NCBI RefSeq assembly: GCF_006345805.1
Contig: NC_043000.1
Location: forward strand, 11,160,001 to 11,224,000
Direction: 5' to 3'
DNA length: 64,000 nucleotides
Origin: Octopus sinensis
Lineage: Eukaryota
The notes under the pieces were generated by a model. It did no database searches, had not been told where the DNA came from, and saw nothing but the letters and a program-made list of their open reading frames with translations. Positions 49,930-61,836 of the stretch are shown in pieces (the first letter of the stretch is position 1; each line of letters opens with the position of its first letter). Made by a program: the position numbers and the translations under genes.

Positions 49930-50400
49930 AGACACTACAAGTTCTCAGTCAGATTCATGTCAGGTGAATTTCCTGGCCATGGAAGTACATCAACAGCATT
50001 TTTGTCAAACCATGTCTTTAACCAATTTTTGCTGTATGGCATGGTGCCAAGACCTGTCGGGACATCCAAGTCCTGTCTCCATACCATTCCTGTACTTGTG
50101 GTATTAGTCTACTTCTAAGTTCCTCTCTTGGTTCATAGAACCTTCAATTATTTTCAGTTCCACGGGCAAAAATTGTCCCCCAAATCATGATCTTCTGTGG
50201 AAATTTTAGTGTTTTTCAAAGACAATCTGGACAAAATTCCTCACCAAGTCTCCTTCTCACACTTTGCACCCGATCATCAGGCACTCCTATGGTGGGTTCA
50301 TCCGGAAAACACCACCTGCAACAACTGAAAACTATATTTGATTAATTGGACATCTAGAATAAGTTATTGTTTCAGCCTATGACAATCAGAAATGAATAGA

Positions 50401-50776
50401 TATTTTTATATATAAAAGTGAAGTTGTGTGTCTGTCTACTCTGATTTAGATTCCTAACTACTCCCACATTTTGCGGTGCAGTTTAACCAAAACCGGGTAT
50501 CTTATAGTCGTGATTCATATCGAGCCCTTCTGGGTATTAGTGCGTGTCTACGATGAGTCTACGATTTAAAAAATAATTTACCATCATTTTTTTCCATTTT
50601 AATGCATATCTGTTAAATATAAGGGAAGTAACTCTCTAAAAATGTCTACGATGAGTCAACGATTTAAAAAAAAATTTACCATCATATTTTTTCCATTTTT
50701 AATGCATTTTTTTGGCTATAACTCTCTAAAAATGCTTTATAGTTATTTCCCTTACAAAGCCGGGCGATACTGCTAG
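50401..50776 (+). mobile_element. Non-autonomous Helitron inside the Tc1 intron
   Basis: tatatataaaagtgaagttgtgtgtctgtct 5' end, internal direct repeat, gccgggcgatactgCTAG|T 3' end. Confidence 0.8.
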
Positions 50777-51300
50777 TTTTTAAATATTCCTTTAAAAAGC
50801 TGTCTTGAAGAGTGAAATCAATAGTAACATCTTATTTTATCATGGATACAATACATAAAGACTCTAATCCACTATTTTAGATAGTCTTACCTGCTCCCAT
50901 TGCTCAGAAGTCCAGGCAATATGATTTTTAGCCCATGCATGGTTTTTTCCTTGGACAATATGCATGTAATCCACCTTCCAAAAGTCTGTTGTCAATTGTT
51001 CTTCGATGCACAATAATGTTCTCTTCCATTAATTTGCAGGAAATCTAACTACAAGATGCTCTTCTGTTGTTGAGAGAAATTCTTTTTATTTTTCTTTCAA
51101 TCCTAGGGGTTGTTACTCATTTCCTACCAGTTACCAACCCTTTTTGCCATCAAATCCTCATTCTTTTCCTTAATTGTGCTAATTGTCTGAGTTGAAACAT
51201 TTAGTTTCTTTGCAATTTCTCTGTTTAAATGAGGTATCCCTCAAGTACACTTCTATTTGTCCAATTTTATGGGGACTAAGATCTCTTTGTTTATCCATCT

Positions 51301-51985
51301 AAAATTGCCAAGAAGGCTGAGGGTGTCTTGGCATCACTTACCAAGTCCTTTGTGAGCCGCTCTCTGGCTATCTATCTGAGGCTTAAAATAGCTATGGTAC
51401 GACCTCACCTGGAATTTGCATCACCGGTCTGGAGCCCAGGATATTAATCGTCTGGAAACTGTTCAGTGACATGCAACCAAGAGAATACCCTCCATCAGGC
51501 ATTTGCCATATTCTGAATGCCTTACTTCCCTGGGCATGGATACATTGAAACTCCAACGTCTGGCAGCTGACTTGGCAGACACCCATAAAATTATTAACCA
51601 TCTTACCAACAATAACTCTGAGCACCTTTTCAAACTCCACCTGTCTAACACCCGTGGACATGTTTACAAAGTCAGAAAACAGCACAGCTCCCATGACTTT
51701 TGGAAACATTTTTTCATGCTAAGAGTTGCCGAAGTATGGAACAAACTGCCGGCATCAGTTGTTAGTTGTCAGAGCACTGCATCCTTCAACACTTCCATGC
51801 TTCCTGAGATTCGCCAACACTACACTTGATTTTCTCTCCTCCGTACACATGCAAGCATGTATCTGACTCATTGTTCGCTTTCCAGACATTTGTACATTAC
51901 TGCATATGCTTTATACACACTTTTGACAAGTTGTGGTGCACCTGAGCACTGTATACAATAATTTCATTATTATTATTATATTATT
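51301..51985 (+). mobile_element. 5'-truncated decayed CR1-type LINE, second family
   Basis: VRPHLEFASPVW..RGHVYKV..HFFMLRVAEVWNKLPASVV; (ATT)n tail. Confidence 0.85.
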
Positions 51986-52027
51986 ATCTAGGCCTGGAAT
52001 TGAAATAATATGTTATTTACACTTTAA

Positions 52028-52334
52028 CCCCTTACCCGGCAGAAACGAATATATGCATTTTGACCGAAATCGTTTTTTTCTATCTCTGGCGAGTTAACTC
52101 ATCAAAAGATAGACTCGCCAAAATCGACAGCAAACGAGTTCCTTCGTCTAAAAACGGGTTAACTCGTTTCTGCCCAAAGCGGAACTTTAAAATCAATATT
52201 ATTGAATTAAAATTCATAATAAATAAGGTTTGAAATATACCTCGAAATCACCATTCAAAACATAGTAAAATAAAACAATTAAAAATATGTCTGAAAAAAT
52301 ACATTTATTTTCAAAATAATTGTTGGGTAAGGGG
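52028..52334. mobile_element. piggyBac-type MITE
   Basis: TTAA|ccccttaccc...gggtaagggg|TTAA. Confidence 0.85.
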
Positions 52335-52960
52335 TTAAGTGCAACTTACTCTGTATTGTATTAGTTACAAATTCATGTAGTAACTAAAAAGTCACTGGAA
52401 CACAAATAAGTACACTACACCAACAGCTACTCAAATAAAACTGAAGGAAACATGGGCTGCAGCAGCTGAGTTGCATAATGTAATTTAGTGTTTCCACACA
52501 ACAGAAGCACATTATTACCAGATGTCACTAGAAACCTGTATAAGCCGCAGCTAAAGTCAAATTCAGAGAATTTCATAATTGTGTGAAAATTAAGCAAAAT
52601 ATATAGTGCTTTCTAAAAATCTATAACATTTCCAGTACTGTATATGTCTATATTATATTGGTAATTAGAGTAAATCCTAGCTGTTACCTCTTGAAGGACA
52701 TCTGTTTATTCCATAATTATAATCAATATATATATCCATAGTTACTGTAGTATATAATTACTGTTGTACATTAATTGAGAATTATGGAAATATTTGTAAT
52801 ATCTATTGTGTTTTAAAGAGACAATGCTGTATTTAACACTAGCAGTTGCCAAACTTTTTTGTACCATCATGCAAGACAATTTTTCCACAGATTGGAGGAC
52901 CACATGTCTAACAAAACAGAATAAAGTGCATAATATATAATCTAATTGTTACATATTTAT

Positions 52961-53882
52961 CAGTGATCCCTCGTTTATCACGGTAGATTGGTTCCGAGAC
53001 AACTGAATTTCCATGAAGTAGGGACACCATATTTACAGTATTAACATGTATTTGGACTTTTAAAACCCTCCCTGTACTAACAACCCACCCATTACAGTAG
53101 TCTATTAATAACAAGGACAACTGTTAAGCAATAACACTTTGGATTTAAAAAAATAAAGATTGTTACTGTACTCAAAACACAAAAAGTTGAAGTAAAATTT
53201 GAATGATGATGGGATGAATTGATGAATTGCTGCGCAGTAGACATGATGATGATGAAGCTGACGGCAGTGCCTTTCCTGGGACACCTCTTCCGAAGGTGCA
53301 GCCGTGTAGAGTAACAGCAGGAACTGGCTCTTTTTTTGCGAGGCTGCTAAAACATTGTAATAGGAAGTTGCTGTCGCTCTTTCTTTTTCCATTCAATGAG
53401 CATCTTGTAAGGATTTATGACTTCGTCGACCTTGTTGCAAAATTGCACAGAACAAACCATATCGTCGTCCTATTCTTGTGACCCCTCTTTCAATTCTTTA
53501 GCCAGGTTGCAGAGCCTGGCCAGCCATTCCAAAGTCAAGCCAGTTTGGTCGACAACTTCTATTTCTTGCTGCGTTTGCTTCTTCTTCTCTGGCCGACTTC
53601 GTCAAGTCTTCGAGGTCTGCGGCTGGGAGTGGCAGTCTAATAACGCGTCGATGTCTCCCATGGTCACGTCTGCAAAGCCCGTCTTAAGTTCAAATACCCC
53701 TGTATATGCTTTTTTTGCTATTTTACACTTGTTTTGTTGTTCCTAGACTAGGAAATAATATTTGTTGTTAATATTTTAATGGATTTAATGAAAAATTTTA
53801 GGTCTTCATATATATAAATTTTTAAAATCCGTGAAGTCGTGAATCTGTCGTAGTTGAACTGCGAAGTAGTGAGGGATCACTG
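52961..53882 (-). mobile_element. Tigger/pogo-like internally deleted transposon
   Basis: TIR cagtgatccctc/gagggatcactg|TA; minus-strand GFADVTMGDIDALL...KKKERQQLPITMF resembles a Tigger C-terminus. Confidence 0.75.
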
Positions 53883-53947
53883 TACATATATATAGGTGCA
53901 GGTGTGGTTGTGTAGTAAGAAGCTTGTTTCACTGCATTTATTAGGAT

Positions 53948-54261
53948 CCTATCTTATTCCCAGACGATGCATCCAAAACTACATTGTTATGTGTTGTTTC
54001 ATTTTTGAGATGGCATGATGAACTTTGAGAATAATTTGGCTGCTATTTTTTGCAGCCCAAGTGACAATGAAGATCCTGTATTGGTTAATAATTGAAATTA
54101 ACTAGCCTATCTTATCCCAGACGATGCATCCAAACTACATTGTTATGTGTTGTTTCATTTTTGAGATGGCATGATGAACTTTGAGAATAATTTGGCTGCT
54201 ATTTTTTGCAGCCCAAGTGACAATGAAGATCCTGTATTGGTTAATAATTGAATTTAACTAG
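53948..54261 (+). repeat. Tandem duplication, two ~157-bp near-identical units
   Basis: cctatctta(t)tcccagacgatgcatcc...ttaactag occurs twice. Confidence 0.9.
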
Positions 54262-55015
54262 TCATGTCTTTGTTGGTTAAAGAAACTAACAACATAAGCA
54301 CATACATCAACAGCCTACCCTAACTGCTGAGTCTCACCAGCCAATGTGTTGGCACCACGTAAAAAGCATTCATGTCGATATCATGTTATAAGCACCTGTG
54401 CTGGTGCTATGTAAAAAGCATCCAGTACACTGTAAAGCAGTTGGCATTAGGAAGGGCATCCAGTCATAGAAGCCATGCCAAAACAGACAACTGGAGCCTG
54501 GTGCAGCTCTCCAGCTGGCCAATTCCTGTCAAACTGTCCAACCCATGCAAGCAAGAAAACAAACATTAAATGATGAGGGTGAAGATGAACACACATGTAC
54601 CTCAATTTATGTATAGAAATAAAGGAAACCAAGATTGAATACTGAATAAGTTTATTTAGAATAATGAAATACAAATTGAAAATGCAAATATCTTAAATGT
54701 AAGCCAACAAAGGACTGAGAATATCCATTTGTGAGAGTGACAACAATAGCAACGGTGATAATAGCAATAATGGCTGTAGGCTGTCCTGGTTACACGGGGA
54801 CATCAGGTGTGGTGAAACTGATTCTTTCAACGAATGCAGGTAAGCTAAAAGAGAGAGAGAGAAGAGAATATAACAAACGTACAAGACATAGTTTAACACA
54901 TAATGCTAACGACCAAATTGACTTACCACTGCATTCTATATTTAATTTAAATTCAGGGGATTGTCTTCCGTCTTCAATGGAATTCACTATTTACATACTG
55001 TCTGGGATACAAATG

Positions 55016-55238
55016 AGTGAAAGTCTGAGTTCCTACAAGAACTATAGCTTTAACCTAGTAAAGCCATTATTTGGTTATTGAAATAGAAATAATTATCAAG
55101 GTCTGCCTTGATAATTATAAGTTAGAACTGTTGCGTATGGTTTGTATCCAGTGTCAGTCAATTATTTCTATTTCAATAACCAAATAATGGCTTTACTAGG
55201 TGAAAGCTATAGTTCTTGTAGGAACTCAGACTTTCACT
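55016..55238. repeat. Near-perfect inverted repeat, 79-bp arms (78/79), 65-nt spacer
   Basis: Arms at 55016-55094 and 55160-55238; an extra 11-bp stem at 55091-55116. Confidence 0.95.
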
Positions 55239-55899
55239 TTGTCTTGATAAGTGACCAACTGTAGATTAACACTTTCCAACATTCCACTGGGGGTTTCGCT
55301 ACTCTCCACAATTATTTCCACTTTAATTTAAATTGAGATTATTATTATTTTTTTTTACTAATATTATTTTAAATGCACCATCATCATTTGCATCAGATTT
55401 ATACTTTGGATACAGTCATGAGGGTAGACACAAGAATAATCAAAACCAAATCACCTGAATAACACAACAGTTCTTACAATGTCATCTAGCTACGGTGTGG
55501 TGTCCTTCTTCAACCCAATGAACCAAATAAGCAAATGTGTGGAAGTGCAAAGTGATCTATTCACTCATTATTGTCAGTCATTGTAAAAAAAATATTAATT
55601 TTTCACGTAATAGGTTTTACAGAAGTGGACATTCGAAACCCAAGGACAAGTAATAATGTTTTCTATCACTAAATCAAGTGATTTAGATCCCACTTTGCTA
55701 TTTAGTTACTATCCTTTGGTTACAACTGCTCCCAACATTACTTACTTCACCTAGGTTAACAGAAACTATCAGTTATATCCAGCGAACTGAATAATTACTA
55801 GACTTCTTTTCAAAAGTGCTCTTACATATGTGCATCAAGCATATATAAAACTGTGGCCTTTTCCTTTGAGTATTTAATACATGCACAGAATCACATATC

Positions 55900-56110
55900 T
55901 AGCAAGCCCATTGCCGAGTGACACTGATTTCATGCCCTCTTTTACTAACCACTACTACTACTTGAGTTTTTGCTATACTGATTTTTATGCCTTTGGACCA
56001 CACTTCCAGATTTGGAAGTCTTTCCGCAACACTGATAAATTCTGCTATGAGAACCAAATCATCAGCATATAAAAGCTCTCAAGGACAGCAGACCTGAACT
56101 TTGGTAACTG
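55900..56110 (-). pseudogene. RTE RT remnant
   Basis: ELLYADDLVLIAE..FQIWK..I.I.KTQV. Confidence 0.7.
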
Positions 56111-57258
56111 CTTCAGATTATCCTACTAAATTAACTCGCTATTATTTAGGCAGACTGAATGAAGTAGAACACCTCACTCAACTCCTGTAACAGTTTTCAA
56201 ACCTATACTCCAATTATGTCTTACTTCACAATGACCTGTCAGTGGTTGTGATTTAATTATCCATCTTTCAACCATAGCCATGTTGTCTATCTATTTCACA
56301 TATACAGAGAAATAATAAAAATTTGATACAAGTGTAGAACGAAAACCAACTAGTTGCTGAGCAATCACTATTTAACAGTTATGTATCAGAGTTTTTCTTT
56401 TTCAAAGACCATTGGCATAAAAGAGTTATTTGAATTTTTAAAATTTAGTTTATATCACAATTAGGGAAAAATAGCACTACAGGTTCCTAATGGTTCAATC
56501 ACTGACTCCCCAGATTTCTGATGGCAGGAGAGACAAGGGAGTGTCTATAGCTCAGTGTAGAACAAATATCACAAGCAGCTTCATTAAAAAAAACACTGCC
56601 TTTTCGGTTATTACACTGGTGTCTACATCCATTGGCAATATACACTGGTAACAGATACAGGACACATTGTATATTGGTTTCAAATTTTGGAACAAGGCAG
56701 GCAATTTCATGGGAAACCCCAGCACTCATCTGGTACTTATTTTATCAACTCCAAAAGGATGAAAGGCAAAGCCAACCCCAGTGGCATTTGAACCCAGAAT
56801 GTAAAGTCAGAAGAAATGCCACTAAGCATTTTGTCTAGTGTGCTAATGATTCTATTGGTGCACTTCCTTAGGATACACATATTGGTGAAACTAAGGCCAT
56901 AGAATAAGATAATTGCTTGTGGTGGCACAAAGTGGGATTGAACCTGACATCACATGGTTAACCATAGCACAGCCATGCCTGCACATACCTATGATTTTAC
57001 CTGCACACTAGAAATAATACTAGAAACAAACTTTGTAGCACCAATACAGACTATACAATAGTTGAACCAAAACAGTAAGAAAATAAAGAATAGAAGAAAC
57101 ATTTATTAGTCAGACTGGATCTGTGACAGAACTACAGATGGCACTCTTCCAATGGAGAATAATTTTAGATGACAAATGCATACAAACCAATTAATTCACT
57201 TTATAAGTAAACAAACCAAACTGAAGAATAATCAAAAAGTTAAGAGTTTTACACTTAC

Positions 57259-57372
57259 CACATCATCAATTTTCATGATACTTCGGACAGTTTCAGTTGA
57301 CAAATATATAGCACTTGTGGAGACTAGTAAAGGCTGGACAACATTTTCTTCCAAAATATTAGTTATAGCACC
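57259..57372 (-). CDS. CCT4: CCT4 penultimate coding exon, 114 nt, phase 0-0
   Basis: ttccag|GGT...GTG|gtaagt; [38 protein letters not shown], the CCT4 C-terminal KIDD motif. Confidence 0.96.
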
Positions 57373-57492
57373 CTGGAAAATATTAAGCAAAACATTAATT
57401 TGATATATTTGAAAAATAGACAAAGCCAAATCTACTGTGAGTGAAGATTCCTTTAGCTATCAAATAAACTGATGCATGTAAAAGAAACTTAC

Positions 57493-57727
57493 CTTCCTCA
57501 CGTTTATGCCAGCATCTCGTTCACCTTTGGCATATCGGTTTCTAAGTTCAGTGACTGTAGCGACAGGATTTAGGCCAGCATTCTCAGCCAGAGTGTAAGG
57601 TATGACCTCCAGGGCTTCAGAAAATGCTCGGAAACAATATTGTTCCATGCCAGTTTGGTTACTAGCCATCTGCATCAGACGGAGTGCCATGTAGATTTCT
57701 GGAGCACCACCACCAGCTACCACGGCT
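57493..57727 (-). CDS. CCT4: CCT4 internal exon, 235 nt, phase 2-0
   Basis: ttttgcag|A GCC...AAG|gtaagt; [17 protein letters not shown]...[45 protein letters not shown]. Confidence 0.97.
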
Positions 57728-57835
57728 CTGCAAAAGAAAGGAAAAGTGAGCATCTGCTGTTTAAAGTAAATTAAAGACTTGCAAAAGTACCCTTCAATGT
57801 TTGAGACTAGTTTCATAAACTATTTGCAACTTTAC

Positions 57836-58129
57836 TTTATTATTTATTTATGCGCCCTTTTCAAGCCTACCCAGTTTCTGTGGCGTATGTGTTCACCCCA
57901 GCTGGACGGGATGCCAGTCCATCGCAGCGTTACCCAAGAAACAGGAAGAGTGAGAGAAAGTTGGAGCGAAAGAGTACAACAGGGGTCACCACCACCCCCT
58001 GCCAGAGCCTCATAGAGCTTTTAGGTGTTTTCGCTCAATAAACACACACAACACCCGGTCTAGGAATCAAAACCGCAATCCTCCGACCACGAGTCCGCTG
58101 CCCTAACCACTGGGCCATTGCGCCTCCAC
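57836..58129 (-). mobile_element. Chimeric SINE: family-R head and body joined to the (TTTA)n-family 3' end
   Basis: Matches 12345-12729 up to cttcctgtttct, then matches the 3' part of 1271-1531. Confidence 0.8.
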
Positions 58130-58194
58130 TTTTCTAAAAACTTTGGAAGAGATATTTAAACACCATGGCTTAAAATCTACCAGGTGTTATGCTT

Positions 58195-58298
58195 GATGCA
58201 ATTTTACTTGATGATCTGAAAGACATACATCATCTCGAAAGAGTCCAGAAGCTGGCTACCCTCATGGTTCTTGGTCTCAAGCATTTGTCTTATGAAGG
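58195..58298 (+). mobile_element. Short fragment of the same CR1 family as 4605-6686
   Basis: Aligns by eye to about 6195-6300 (KDIHHLERVQKLAT). Confidence 0.8.
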
Positions 58299-58503
58299 CT
58301 GAAGACGCTCGACCTTTATTTGTAGTTTGTCATCTTTCTGTTTTTTTTATATAGATTTTAATGCAGAGAATTAGTTCTTACAATTATTGCAGGTACTCTC
58401 AGAGTTGTAAAAGTAGATGTGGAGAGGGTGGAGACAGGAAGGGAGCTCTAGCTCTGAAATCACCAGAGAGAGAGAGAGAGAGAGAAAGGGGAATGATGTT
58501 TGA

Positions 58504-58703
58504 TGTAAAGGTTTGAGATGGGAGAGCATAACTGACAAAAAGAGAAACATATATGTGAATTAGTTGGGTGTACATAATAGATGCTGCAGGAACAAGAATA
58601 GTTGTGTAAAGGTTTGAGATGGGAGAGCATAACTGACAAAAAGAGAAACATATATGTGAATTAGTTGGGTGTACATAATAGATGCTGCAGGAACAAGAAT
58701 AGT
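58504..58703 (+). repeat. Tandem duplication, period 101 bp
   Basis: tgtaaaggtttgagatggg...aagaatagt is identical twice. Confidence 0.93.
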
Positions 58704-58733
58704 GTATCTGAAGTTATTAGTAGCACTAATTAT

Positions 58734-58965
58734 GAGGCAGCGAGCTGGCAGAAACGTTAGCACGCCAGGCAAAATGCTTAGCGGTATTTCGTCTGCCGCT
58801 ACATTCTGAGTTCAAATTCCGCCAGGTCAACTTTGCCTTTCATCCTTTCAGGGTCAATAAATTAAGGACCAGTTACGCACTGGGGTCGATGTAATCGACT
58901 TAATCCGTTTGGCTATCCTTGTTTTTCCCCTCTGTGTTTAGCCTCTTGTGGGTTATAAAGAAATA
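58734..58965 (+). mobile_element. Full family-M SINE with TSD
   Basis: agttattagtagcact (58712-58727) vs ggtaattagtagcact (58966-58981). Confidence 0.88.
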
Positions 58966-59430
58966 GGTAATTAGTAGCACTGAGTAAAGGTTTGCAATTA
59001 GGTAGATAAGGTTTAGTTTAGTCTGTGTTTGCATGTGTGCACAAAACAGCTGCTCCTATCCAGTATAAGGTACACTGTAGCTGTGTGTGGTTTCAGTAGT
59101 AATTCAGAGCTTAGTGTTTAGCTCTGAAAAAAGTGCCTAGCCTTTTGAATGCACTTTTGGGCCGATATAGCTATGTGACAACCAGAATGATTAGTATACA
59201 ATGTAAGTTTGAGGGTGTTATCTCTGTCATTCATAAACAAGGCTAAGTAGTACTGTGAGGTTGTTTCTTTGATCTTTAGTGAAATGGTTTGGGTACTGTT
59301 AAAAGCAATTAGGCTGTCATGTCCTAATCAAGGATGTTTTCAATGTCTTTACTTATTAAAGTAGGCATTTCAGTGAAAGCTTATCTAGGAGTGGAAGCTG
59401 ACATCATCTAGAAAGGAGTGTTTGGTTTAA

Positions 59431-59970
59431 TCCTTTCATTACAAACCCAGCTGAAACCAGCTCTGGCTCTGGCTCTGAGTACAAATGTCTTGTTTTTATA
59501 AGTTTTGAATTAAAATCTTCCACCAAACCATAGTCACAATTTATGTTCTTAACACTAGCCGAATGATAACTAAGTTATTTTACTAAATTCTTTGTTATAT
59601 TTAAAGTAATTCAAAGAAACACAGAGCATCTCAAAATAAATACGGTAACGAAAGGGTTAACCCTTTCATTACCAACCTGGCTGAAACCGGCTCTGGCTCT
59701 TCAGTATATAAATGTCTTGTTTTCATAAGTTTTGAATTAAAATTTTCCACCAAATCTTAGTTATAATTGATGTTCCTAACACTAAGCTGAATGATAACTA
59801 AGTTATTTTACTAAATTTTTTATTTGTTATATTTAAAATAATTGGAAGAAACACAGAACATCTCAAAATAAATACAGTAATGGTGGAAGATTTGAATTCA
59901 AAACTTACGAAAACAAGATTTTTATACTAAAGAGCCAGAGCATCTCAAAATAAATACAGTAACGAAAGGG
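59431..59970. mobile_element. Head-to-tail piggyBac-type MITE dimer sharing one TTAA
   Basis: TTAA at 59427, 59657 and 59971; the second unit has an inverted internal piece at about 59880-59940. Confidence 0.85.
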
Positions 59971-60286
59971 TTAAAGTGAAAGGAAGTAGGTAGGTCCTTT
60001 AAGTAAGCAAGAGAGTGTGAGGAGTCATAAATAGGAAACTACTTGAGTGTGATATATGACCTGTTTTAGTGTTATATGCCTAAACCAGTATACATTGAAA
60101 CTATCTGTGGAAAAGGTAATTGTTCAGCCCTTTTGAGACCAACCCACCTGAAACTGCCTTTGGTTCTCCAACACAAATTCCCCGTTTTTCAAGTAAAATT
60201 CCATCAAAATTTTATGTTATGATCTCTGCACCAGCTTAATAACAACAAAGTTATTTTACTAAATCCTTCAATACTTTCAATACATA

Positions 60287-61125
60287 CAAGGTCTGATCAA
60301 TAAGTATCCTGACTTTTGCCATAGTAACGAAGCTAAAACACGCAGAGTAAAGCCACTTGGCAAAAACTGACCTTGAACTCTGCTGTACATGCATACTAGC
60401 TGCCTGGAAGGAAGGTGTGTAGCGTGTGATCATTGTATTGACCAAGACAAAGAAAGTTGTCATGGCGATACCTGCTCAGAGGCATATGCAAAGTTGCAAA
60501 AAGTGTATGGAGAGGCGCATATGAGCCACACGCAAGTGTATGAATAGTTCAGACGCTTCCAAGATGACCACAAAAATGCTGATGTTGCCAAACGTTCTGG
60601 GAGACCCACAACCAGCAAAACTGAGGAAAACATTGCAGATGTGCATGCAGCTGTGAGGGGAAAATCATCAAATCAGCATCCGTGAGTTATCAGAGGATGC
60701 GCAGATTAGTTACGGTTCAGTTCAGTCCATTATCAATGAAGATTTGGGTACAATAAGCGTGTCTGCCAAAACTGACTTCAGCTGACCAAAACGACACTCG
60801 GGTTTCAGTTGCACAAGATCTTCTTGATTATGTTGAGAGTAACAAAAGCTTTTTTAAAACTTTGTGTAGGCCTCTGAGGTATCGCCAAGCTTTTGGCAAA
60901 ATTAGAGGCAGATTCTCTGCTCAACTCTGTCATGGTCAATGCAACAATCCAACACTATACACCTTCCTTTCAAGCATAGCTGTAAACAGCAGAAATAAAC
61001 TAGAATTCTTAAACTTAGTATGCATGTACAGCAGAGTTCAAGAGAAATCTGTACCAAATGGCTTTATTCTGTGCTTTAGCTTCATTATCATAGCAACAGT
61101 CCGGATACTTACTGATCAAACCATG
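60287..61125. mobile_element. Mariner derivative built from two inward-facing 5' ends
   Basis: TA flanks; left arm encodes GDTCSEAYAKLQKVYG..RSGRP; right arm reverse complement encodes the start EQRICL.FCQKLGDT. Confidence 0.8.
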
Positions 61126-61319
61126 TACACACATATATACACACTCAAGTCCATGTACAGAAAGTTATAGTGGAAGTCGTGAATGTCAGATATTGAAAAG
61201 AGTAGAGATAGTTAACTCTCTTCCTGTACTCACCCACCTTTACCAATTCCCTTATCACATAAAAAAAAAAAAAACTACATGCATAATTTATTAGATAAAA
61301 TTAATGGTTTTATATTAAA

Positions 61320-61714
61320 CTAGCAGTATTGCCTGGCGTTGCTTGGGTTTGTTTTGACCCTTTAGAATTGGAATTTTTGAAAAGCAAAAATTTTGCATTA
61401 TGTAGTTTGTTATTCTCTCTAAGTGAACATTTTTCTGGTTGAAATACACCAAAAAATGGCGACACAACAGTAAAAAAATCGTAAAAAATAGGGATTTTCA
61501 TAGAAAAAAAAGCATCTTTTTGATGTAAATAATTTTTGGTGTTAACATGGTCCGATTTGAATTTTTTCTTCTAAGAAAGGAAGAGCAAGCCTTCTTCTAT
61601 CATACTCTCAATTTTGGTCAACTTGCGCCGCAGGGTCTCAGAGAAGATAGTGTTAGTTGAAGGCTACCAAACCTGCCATACACAGACAACTTCAGCTTTA
61701 TATATATAGAGAGA
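61320..61714 (-). mobile_element. Non-autonomous Helitron in a CCT4 intron
   Basis: A|TC...CTAG|T; homologous to 2098 and 25417. Confidence 0.9.
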
Positions 61715-61836
61715 TTACTATCAGTGTAATTAAAAATCACCCCAAAACAGTTGCTACAGTGGAACCCCCAAATTTTCTCTAGGATGAGAATTGCAATTAA
61801 GGAGCCTGTAAAATTAGAGAAAAGAGAGCAACTTAC

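Larger units (their letters stand above)
49497..52640 (-). mobile_element. Complete TIR-bounded Tc1-like transposon with an intron-split transposase pseudogene and four nested insertions
   Basis: TA|cagtactggaaa TIRs; ATG at 51298; HTH QREIAKKLNVSTQTIS; ..WTSEQWEQ|gtaag...ttgcag|VVFSDE..VRRRLGEEF..IMIWG..APCHTA..LPWPGNSPDMNL.ENL. Confidence 0.88.

Noticed and set aside
54790-54987. Minus-strand exon ending at a strong donor (gcagtg|gtaagt, near 54925)
   Set aside because: An in-frame stop lies just upstream, the acceptor is weak, and the peptide is not CCT4-like.
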